The notes below the pieces were generated by a model, which was given only the letters and a program-made list of their open reading frames with translations, did not search any database and had not been told where the DNA came from. Shown here one piece after another: positions 43,429 through 48,620 of a stretch of DNA of 48,620 bases. Origin of the DNA: a virus; IMG/VR virus record IMGVR_UViG_3300025012_000017; one strand, given 5' to 3'. Within the stretch, counting starts at the first letter, position 1, and every line of letters begins with the position of its first letter. The translations under genes and the position numbers were made by a program.

Positions 43429-43737
43429 CTAAGGTCCAGTCAATTCTTCCAACATCTCTACCAGGTCTTCCTCACAGAAGACTCCCTTGATGGTAGAGGG
43501 TTCCGAGGGCAGGACCTTAACACACTCTGCCCGGGCTTGTTCCAGTTCTGCAAGAAGCCACCTGGTGGAGTAAACCAGGTCTATGTCCGTGGGGCTTCTG
43601 TAGCCCACGGGGATTTCTCTGATGATGGTTTTTCTCTGCGAAACGATCCTCAGGCCAGTTGCCGCGCCTGGGTCTGCTATCGCAGACGTAACGAGGAAAA
43701 ACCCTGCTGTTGCTGTGATTGTCAGGAAACGCTTCAT
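43429..43737 (-). CDS. Exported protein (signal peptide)
   Basis: ATG 43737. MKRFLTITATAGFFLVTSAIA is signal-peptide-like. The track start 43818 adds an implausible extension. Confidence 0.5.
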   Translation of the reverse strand: MKRFLTITATAGFFLVTSAIADPGAATGLRIVSQRKTIIREIPVGYRSPTDIDLVYSTRWLLAELEQARAECVKVLPSEPSTIKGVFCEEDLVEMLEELTGP

Positions 43738-43880
43738 GCTTTGTTGTTCCTTTCTTCTTCTTGGTAGTAAAGGCAATTCCCACAGTCCTCTCCCTGCTCC
43801 TTCTGGCAGTAGAGACACCCCAGTTCCCTATCACTCAGAAGAAGCAAAAGTGCTGCGGTGGTGAGTTGGCTTGTCGTCAA
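43734..43880 (-). CDS. Small Cys-rich peptide (48 aa; not in the ORF track)
   Basis: TTG 43880 lies 6 nt after AAGGAG. Contains CLYC...CGNC. Its stop forms an ATGA overlap with the next start. Confidence 0.35.
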   Translation of the reverse strand: MTTSQLTTAALLLLLSDRELGCLYCQKEQGEDCGNCLYYQEEERNNKA

Positions 43881-43947
43881 GTTGTTTCTCCTTTCCCTTC
43901 AAAGTCTAAACCCACGTTCGGGTAGCCAAGAAGACTTCTCTCCTTGA

Positions 43948-44208
43948 CTACCCTGGCTTGGGTTTAGGAATGATTCTTTGCTGCCCTGGCATTGCTTTTT
44001 CAGCAATATCCCAGAGTTTCTTATTCAGATCACTGTTCTTGAAATCTCCTGCACTTGCCAAGGCTAAGCACGCACCGAACTGCTCATCATCCAATTCATA
44101 ATGATTGTTATCCATAGATACAGAATCCCACACTTTGACGTACCACTTTTCTGGACCGCGTTCAGCTTTAAACTGTGTGTCTTCCATGATTCCAGTAATT
44201 TCGATCAT
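43948..44208 (-). CDS. Hypothetical early protein
   Basis: 86 aa. RBS GGGAGAAAG. Confidence 0.5.
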   Translation of the reverse strand: MIEITGIMEDTQFKAERGPEKWYVKVWDSVSMDNNHYELDDEQFGACLALASAGDFKNSDLNKKLWDIAEKAMPGQQRIIPKPKPG

Positions 44209-44233
44209 TTTCTTTCTCCCTTCAGTTAATTGT

Positions 44234-44485
44234 TTAATGCTTTGAAGTCAAGGATTGTAGATTACTTCTCATGAAACTAAGGTCCCATTGAACTTTCTTA
44301 CCATTTTCAGTTTTCAGATCTATAAGAGTCTTGAAACAATGTCCTGGATGGCTGCCGGTAAAGACTTCATGGATGCACGTGATTGTAGCATATTCACCAT
44401 ACTTTGCTACTAAGTACTTCTTAAAGCTGAGCTGTTGTCCGACTGAGTATTTCATCAGCTTTTCCTCATTAAATGATTTTTTCAT
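44234..44485 (-). CDS. Hypothetical early protein (first gene of the minus arm)
   Basis: 83-aa ORF. The internal ATG at 44455 (MKYSVGQQ...) has a GAGGA RBS, while ATG 44485 has none, so the true start may be 44455. Confidence 0.5.
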   Translation of the reverse strand: MKKSFNEEKLMKYSVGQQLSFKKYLVAKYGEYATITCIHEVFTGSHPGHCFKTLIDLKTENGKKVQWDLSFMRSNLQSLTSKH

Positions 44486-44497
44486 TGATTAATGTCA

Positions 44498-44526
44498 ACC
44501 GTATCACATGGATCATGGTGTGTCAA
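44498..44526 (-). promoter_or_regulatory. Candidate sigma70-type promoter for the minus (early) arm
   Basis: In the minus sense: TTGACA (44526-44521), 17-nt spacer, TACGGT (44503-44498). A second TTGACA lies at 44498-44493. Confidence 0.4.
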
Positions 44527-44630
44527 CAATGATTTATAGTTGATATTGCACGATGCACGATCAATGAACAACGACCCATCGACCCTGTATCGTGTACCGT
44601 GTATCGTGTAACCGTGGGCCATTCCGCCAC

Positions 44631-44655
44631 ATTCACCCCGTGAATCTTTACTTCC
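44631..44655 (+). promoter_or_regulatory. Motif copy with perfect dyad (ATTCAC-CCC-GTGAATCTTTACTTCC)
   Basis: Read directly from the sequence. Dyad arms at 44631-44636 and 44640-44645. Confidence 0.7.
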
Positions 44656-44680
44656 TTCTCCTCCTCCTGTGTCACATATT

Positions 44681-44696
44681 ATGAATCTTTACTGGG
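44681..44696 (+). promoter_or_regulatory. Motif copy (ATGAATCTTTACTGGG)
   Basis: 41 nt after the previous copy. Confidence 0.7.
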
Positions 44697-44713
44697 CTTC
44701 CCTTCAGATCCTT

Positions 44714-44736
44714 TTCACGCGGTGAACCTTTACTGG
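44714..44736 (+). promoter_or_regulatory. Motif copy with dyad (TTCAC-GCG-GTGAACCTTTACTGG)
   Basis: 41 nt after the previous copy. One mismatch to the consensus. Confidence 0.7.
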
Positions 44737-44793
44737 AAGTCCGGGTGTTGCTGGCTTGTCCTCTTCTGGGCTCTCACAGCAAAGTTCTTTCTC

Positions 44794-44808
44794 GTGAATT
44801 TTTACTGT
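44794..44808 (+). promoter_or_regulatory. Degenerate motif copy (GTGAATTTTTACTGT)
   Basis: 72 nt after the previous copy and 35 nt before the T tract. Confidence 0.55.
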
Positions 44809-44826
44809 AACTTTTGAACATCTTCT

Positions 44827-44879
<53 letters not shown>

Positions 44880-44968
44880 TAAAAGTAAGAAATAGCCTAA
44901 TAGAGAGGTAGACAGTAAAGGAGAGCAAAGTAAAGAAAGAGACAACTGGGCAAAGAAGCCAGTAAAGA

Positions 44969-44991
44969 TTCACGACGTGAAACGGTGGGAA
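44969..44991 (-). promoter_or_regulatory. Motif copy with dyad, inverted orientation (sense TTCAC-GTC-GTGAATCTTTACTGG)
   Basis: The plus strand reads CCAGTAAAGATTCACGACGTGAA. Preceded by half-motifs AGTAAG (44894), CAGTAAAG (44923) and AGTAAAG (44939). Confidence 0.7.
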
Positions 44992-45219
44992 CGACCGGAA
45001 ATTACACGTTACACGGTACAGGGTACACCTCTGATTGTTGATGTTTTATACATCATCATGGTGTATCTTTCCAACAATCCACGACGTTTTTAGCCCATAC
45101 ATGGACATGCCCGAACGACAAAACACGCCACAATCGCCCCACGTTGCGTTTAAATGCCCTATATAATGGATGTATCGAACCAAACGCCCAATGCCCCAAA
45201 ACCCCGGCGGAAACGCCGT

Positions 45220-45233
45220 GTGAATCTTTCCTG
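45220..45233 (+). promoter_or_regulatory. Motif variant (GTGAATCTTTCCTG)
   Basis: Positions 45221-45233 are the exact reverse complement of 46149-46161. Confidence 0.55.
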
Positions 45234-45250
45234 CGGTGCAAGCACCAGAA

Positions 45251-45280
45251 AGTCCAAAGTCCTTGATAAAACCTGCCATG
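45251..45280. repeat. Left arm of the 30-bp imperfect inverted repeat bracketing gene 45307..45738
   Basis: Its reverse complement CATGGCAGGTTTTATCAAGGACTTTGGACT matches 45771-45800 at 25 of 30 positions. Confidence 0.8.
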
Positions 45281-45306
45281 TTTAGTTGAGTTTAAATTTA
45301 AAATGT

Positions 45307-45738
45307 CTATTCCGAAACAACAGCCGAAACTAAAGCCAACGACTTCTGGAGTGCCATTGCAATCACCTCGTCTTTCAAGCCCTGGGCTCGAAGAGCCCGG
45401 ACGGCTGCCCCGAGGTCGAACGCTGTCCTGGTCGAAGCTTTCTTTTCAAAGAGCTTTCCATTCAACCACTCTTCCCAAGTCGCCTTCAACGTCGCCTTCT
45501 TATCAGCAATCGTTTCAATCTCCGGCGGGGCCAGGGCATCGCTCAGCTTCTGCTTGACGCCGTATTGAATTGCGAATCTCTGTCCCACGGTCAACTCCGT
45601 AAAGCTCGGGAAGAGCTTGCGAAGTTCGGCACGAAACAGGAAATCAAAGCTCGGCTTCTCCTTCGTCCCACTGTTCACACCACACACCAGCTCGCTGCCA
45701 TTCTCAAGCTTCCAGGTCAATCTTACTTTTTCTGCCAT
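45307..45738 (-). CDS. Hypothetical protein, isolated gene inside the control region
   Basis: 143-aa ORF, GC-richer than its neighbours. GTGAATC lies immediately upstream of the ATG (plus strand GATTCAC at 45739-45745). A sigma70-like promoter lies about 180 nt upstream. Confidence 0.55.
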   Translation of the reverse strand: MAEKVRLTWKLENGSELVCGVNSGTKEKPSFDFLFRAELRKLFPSFTELTVGQRFAIQYGVKQKLSDALAPPEIETIADKKATLKATWEEWLNGKLFEKKASTRTAFDLGAAVRALRAQGLKDEVIAMALQKSLALVSAVVSE

Positions 45739-45770
45739 GATTCACCAACCTTTCTTCGGCTTTGCCGAAC

Positions 45771-45800
45771 CATGGCAGGCTTTATCAAAGACTTCAGCCT
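45771..45800. repeat. Right arm of the 30-bp inverted repeat
   Basis: CATGGCAGGCTTTATCAAAGACTTCAGCCT. Confidence 0.8.
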
Positions 45801-45918
45801 TTTCATGTTGCCGACGCTCCTATGCGTTCATCCATCGCGCCGACCGTATGAGCCAGTCTCATACAACTACCAGTAATCTAATCGCTTGCATCACCTCCTT
45901 CCATCAACTTATGGTTCA

Positions 45919-45947
45919 ATTAAATCATGAAAACATTAAATTGTCAA
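45919..45947 (-). promoter_or_regulatory. Sigma70-type promoter directed toward gene 45307..45738
   Basis: In the minus sense: TTGACA (45947-45942), 17-nt spacer ATTTAATGTTTTCATGA, TTTAAT (45924-45919). Confidence 0.55.
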
Positions 45948-46148
45948 GCAAGAAAACGACTGTCCAACAACAACCGTGTTTCATGCTTCCTTCCAACACC
46001 ATCCTCCACACTCTCAAGCCAACCACCCCCGAGGCACCCAAGGCCCCCTGGCGACCGAGGAAGATGGGCTGCGTTTTACACGCAAGTAGTTTTTCAAGCC
46101 CGTTACTGGAAGGGTTGGTGCTGGAATGGAGGGCTCCCGCGGAACCAT

Positions 46149-46161
46149 CAGGAAAGATTCA
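46149..46161 (-). promoter_or_regulatory. Motif variant, inverted (plus strand CAGGAAAGATTCA)
   Basis: Exact reverse complement of 45221-45233. Confidence 0.55.
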
Positions 46162-46192
46162 ATAGAAAGAATTTTGCTGCCGCAGAAAAATG

Positions 46193-46221
46193 TTGACAAG
46201 GGCACGGCGGGTCTCTAAAAT
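46193..46221 (+). promoter_or_regulatory. Near-consensus sigma70 promoter of the plus (structural) arm
   Basis: TTGACA (46193-46198), 17-nt spacer, TAAAAT (46216-46221). GAAGGAGAG RBS and GTG 46247 follow about 25 nt downstream. Confidence 0.7.
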
Positions 46222-46246
46222 GGGAGACTAGAGAAGGAGAGACCCC

Positions 46247-46720
46247 GTGGGAAGACCAGTGACACAAATCGACAGCGAGATACTCTACGACATCCTAGAA
46301 TCCGGGAAGAACCTGGATCAGGCCGCCGGGGAGCTTTCAGTCTCGATCCCGACCTTGACGAAGAGGATAGCGAGGATTCAAGAAGAGCAAGGCATTCTCC
46401 TCCAATACCGAACTCTTCAGAGCCTGCAACTAACGCAGCTCCAAGCCCAAATCCTAGAGAACATCACCCCGCAGAAGATAGCAGAAGCAAGCCTCCATGA
46501 CCTAGTCACAGCCTTCAAGATCCTGAAGGAAAAGGAACACCTGATCGAGGGGAAGCCAAGCGAGATCAAGGGCCTAGTCGGCTACCTCGTGGAGATGGAG
46601 AAGCAGAAGATAGCACTTGTCAAGAACGCAGTAGTCAGCAACGACAACGGCGAAGAGATTCTAGAAGGAGAATTCACAGATGAAAACGACGAGAACGAAG
46701 ACGAGCTACCAAACCTCTAG
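46247..46720 (+). CDS. HTH DNA-binding protein (small terminase subunit or late regulator candidate)
   Basis: GTG start after GAAGGAGAG. N-terminus GRPVTQ...LDQAAGELSVSIPTLTKRIARI is HTH-like, followed by a coiled coil and an acidic tail. First gene of the plus arm. Confidence 0.45.
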   Translation: MGRPVTQIDSEILYDILESGKNLDQAAGELSVSIPTLTKRIARIQEEQGILLQYRTLQSLQLTQLQAQILENITPQKIAEASLHDLVTAFKILKEKEHLIEGKPSEIKGLVGYLVEMEKQKIALVKNAVVSNDNGEEILEGEFTDENDENEDELPNL

Positions 46721-47138
46721 CAAACTAGGCTTTAGCCCAACCCGCCTTTGGTTGCTGGTAGGTCTTCTGCTGTTGGCACTCGCGGGGGTTTCAAGAGCCG
46801 ACACAGTCCTGGAACAGGGCGACGGAGCAGAGGTAGTCGTCACGCAAGAAATGACCTGGTCTACCAACGCCACGGACAGTCTCTCCGGTAAGCTTTCCCC
46901 TGGCTACCTCTACCAAGTTGCCATCAAGACCTCGGCTGACGAGACCGTCACCTTTGTGATCAAGGACAGCTACGGAAACGAACTCTTTAATAGGTCTTGG
47001 ACTGCCGCGGCAACGGGAGAAGCTCCCAAGTTTCCGACAGGGTTCTTTCACATCCCTAAAGGAAGCCGCTGCACCGGCACTCTCTCAGGCCTTACCTCCG
47101 GGACTGCCAAGGTCTTGATCACCTCTGTTAAGAAGTAA
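46680..47138 (+). CDS. Exported/membrane-anchored beta-rich protein
   Basis: ATG 46680 lies 9 nt after GAAGGAGA. Signal-anchor segment RLWLLVGLLLLALAGVSRA. Overlaps the previous gene by 41 nt. Confidence 0.55.
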   Translation: MKTTRTKTSYQTSSKLGFSPTRLWLLVGLLLLALAGVSRADTVLEQGDGAEVVVTQEMTWSTNATDSLSGKLSPGYLYQVAIKTSADETVTFVIKDSYGNELFNRSWTAAATGEAPKFPTGFFHIPKGSRCTGTLSGLTSGTAKVLITSVKK

Positions 47139-47151
47139 GGAAGAAAAGACT

Positions 47152-48620
47152 ATGACAAAGAGAATCCTTCTCACACTGTCCTTCATTTTGTGTATCTTTA
47201 CTGGCTTCACTCACGCTGGTCCTCCCGGTGCTCCTCCAGCACAGACCGGCACCTCAGCACAGCTCACCGCAGGAACTGACACGACACCACAACTATGGGA
47301 CGCCGCGACACTGGCAACACAGTTCGCTGGGGCTGCCGTCGAGATCGTAGACGAAGCTGTGACTGCTGCTAACATGAACGGAGACACAACTCACGGAGTT
47401 TCCCAGAATGCCCTGATCGACTACCTCATGGCAACCATCGATCCTGATGGAGACGGTTCTATCGCGGACTCCAGCCTGTCTATTGCTGATTTGACGCTGG
47501 CCGGCGCAGGAGGCCTCGTCCTTGGCGTCGCTGGAACGACACTCGGAACGGCACGCTGGTATACCAATGTCGCGGAGAACGTCTATCGCTTCGACCTCTT
47601 CTCATCCGATTTTACGCAAAACTGGGGCATCCGCTGGCAAACCGGCTATCCGCTCGAAAACGGCGGGCTTTTTACAGTCGGCACCACCGGGACGGGAACT
47701 TGGACTTACCAAGGTGTTGACCCCGGTGATGTTTTATTGCTGCCCGCTGACCCAGCGGCCCATGTGCTTTTCGGTTTCGACAATACTACAAATACCTACA
47801 AGCCTTTCACGATTGGTACCGGCCTTTCCTTTGACCAGGCGAGCAGCACGCTTTCTTCGACGGGCAGCGGTGATGACCTCGGTTCTGCCGTAGCCGCCGA
47901 CATTGTGGCACTGTTCAACACCGGGACGTGCTCTGGCTATCTCAAAAGCGATGGGACTTGCGATACTCCGAGCGGAACCGGCGACATGACCAAAGCCGTC
48001 TATGACGTAGCCAACAACTCCAAGGTTGACGACGCTGACGCCTTCACCCCAGTTGATACCGCAGACGAAAACGCCACCTTCTACCCGATATTCGTGGACG
48101 GCGCGACCGGAACCCAAGTTCCTGAGACTGACGGAGAAATCACATACAATCCGTCTACCGGGCGGCTCACGGTACCGATCATTACTGCCACAACATATGA
48201 AGGCACACCCACAGCCACCGGCCCTCAGATGTCAGTGATCTATGAAGACTCCGACAACGGATCAAACTATGTCGGCATAGGATCACCAGCCAGCCACAAC
48301 AGCGACACGGTTTATTTACTTCCGACCACGGCCCCGGCTGCTGGCGAGACCATAGTATGGGGAACACCTGCGGCGGTTACGGATTCGACCGGGGTTTCCA
48401 GGAGCACTTCGCAGGGAACTTTTATCACTCCGCAGACTTACGATGCAGACCTTACCACCTGGGCAGGCGTAACTCCCGGCAGCGGAGTAGCCACAGCAGC
48501 CGCAGCAGCTACGAACGGCGCAGGTGGCTTTACGACAACCGATGGAACAAAGACGCTGACAAACACGACCCTGGATGCCAGCGGGACCGGGAACGTAGTC
48601 AAAGGCTTTGGCTACATCAC
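47152..48620 (+). CDS. 5' part of the junction-spanning exported fibre/receptor-binding-like protein (651 aa; continues at nt 128-614)
   Basis: ATG 47152 follows AAGGAAG. Signal-peptide-like MTKRILLTLSFILCIFTGFTHA. I translated frame 1 by eye and saw no stop up to the window end. It is absent from the ORF track because it has no in-window stop. G/T/A/S/D-rich. Confidence 0.8.
   Translation, partial: MTKRILLTLSFILCIFTGFTHAGPPGAPPAQTGTSAQLTAGTDTTPQLWDAATLATQFAGAAVEIVDEAVTAANMNGDTTHGVSQNALIDYLMATIDPDGDGSIADSSLSIADLTLAGAGGLVLGVAGTTLGTARWYTNVAENVYRFDLFSSDFTQNWGIRWQTGYPLENGGLFTVGTTGTGTWTYQGVDPGDVLLLPADPAAHVLFGFDNTTNTYKPFTIGTGLSFDQASSTLSSTGSGDDLGSAVAADIVALFNTGTCSGYLKSDGTCDTPSGTGDMTKAVYDVANNSKVDDADAFTPVDTADENATFYPIFVDGATGTQVPETDGEITYNPSTGRLTVPIITATTYEGTPTATGPQMSVIYEDSDNGSNYVGIGSPASHNSDTVYLLPTTAPAAGETIVWGTPAAVTDSTGVSRSTSQGTFITPQTYDADLTTWAGVTPGSGVATAAAAATNGAGGFTTTDGTKTLTNTTLDASGTGNVVKGFGYI
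48494..48620. repeat. Exact 127-bp terminal overlap, copy 2
   Basis: Identical to nt 1-127. Unique genome length is therefore 48493 bp. Confidence 0.95.

Noticed and set aside
44640-44808. Possible mini-CRISPR array (regularly spaced repeats)
   Set aside because: The repeats are only ~15 nt and degenerate. The 41-nt period leaves spacers too short. The same motif occurs singly before genes elsewhere. No cas genes are present.
45905-45930. tRNA-like T-loop string GGTTCAATTAAATC
   Set aside because: The flanking bases do not form a T-stem or any cloverleaf. No tRNA could be folded anywhere in the window by eye.
45046-46196. Track ORFs 45046..45279(-), 45056..45241(-), 45303..45557(+), 45565..45876(+), 45617..46165(+), 45927..46196(+), 46014..46205(-)
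   Set aside because: They have no RBS, overlap one another or the better-supported gene 45307..45738, have Pro/Ser/Arg-rich low-complexity translations, and sit in the promoter/repeat region. Only the shared MAGFIKDF start is kept as an observation.
47522-48238. Plus-strand ORFs 47522..47893 and 48026..48238, and minus-strand ORFs 47734..48117 and 48182..48367
   Set aside because: These are alternative frames inside the long junction-spanning ORF (frame 1 from 47152). They have no RBS and Arg/Pro/Ser-rich translations.
48494-48620. Direct terminal repeat as genuine phage DTR
   Set aside because: It falls in the middle of a continuous ORF, and its length equals a common assembler k-mer. I interpret it as assembly overlap.

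Overview
The window is a complete, circularly closed dsDNA tailed-phage genome. It looks like a metagenome-style assembly. nt 1-127 are identical to nt 48494-48620, so the unique length is 48,493 bp, and a 651-codon ORF runs across the junction.

Architecture: two transcription arms diverge from a ~1.75-kb, mostly non-coding control region (44.49-46.25 kb) and converge at 24.04-24.33 kb.

Plus arm (46247 -> junction -> 24042):
- an HTH protein
- a GC-rich cassette of four proteins with a signal peptide or TM anchor, fibre-like or depolymerase-like
- small membrane proteins
- large terminase, portal, scaffold, and a major capsid protein that resembles the N4 gp56 type (from memory)
- about a dozen uncharacterised virion proteins
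- a 1763-aa putative ejected internal protein

Minus arm (44485 -> 24327): about 45 tightly packed, often translationally coupled early/middle genes. They include:
- ATP-dependent DNA ligase
- Cas4-like PD-(D/E)XK exonuclease
- AAA_24/Sak4-like ATPase and a DUF669-like SSB candidate
- ParB-domain/DNA-methyltransferase fusion
- UDG-family-4-like/PolA fusion polymerase
- MazG-like pyrophosphatase
- a P-loop helicase-like protein
- many small zinc-ribbon, membrane and exported proteins

I found no integrase, tRNA, rRNA, CRISPR array, reverse transcriptase, RNA polymerase or recognisable endolysin. Nearly every gene has a canonical AGGAGG-type RBS, and two consensus sigma70 promoters are present.

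Most interesting signals:
1. A recurrent ~15-nt motif, (G/A)TGAATCTTTACTGG, is often preceded by a dyad ATTCAC-N3-GTGAAT. Three copies sit 8-20 nt upstream of operon-leading start codons. At least six more are concentrated in the control region.
2. An origin-like element at 44593-45030: four direct motif copies at 41/41/72-nt spacing, a 51-nt T homopolymer, reversed half-motifs, and a flanking ~63-bp inverted repeat.
3. A lone gene (45307-45738) is bracketed by 30-bp inverted repeats. Their first three mismatches fall on codon third positions of outward-facing MAGFIKDF mini-ORFs.
4. The giant virion protein carries an AT-rich inserted segment with a possible H-Y-E ADP-ribosyltransferase-like motif.
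5. A short LPxLxxxxG peptide repeat is shared by three adjacent virion genes.
6. The structural arm has a consensus sigma70 promoter while the early arm carries the phage-specific motif. This suggests, speculatively, an N4-like transcription programme.

All functional calls rest on motif recognition by eye. No database search was possible.
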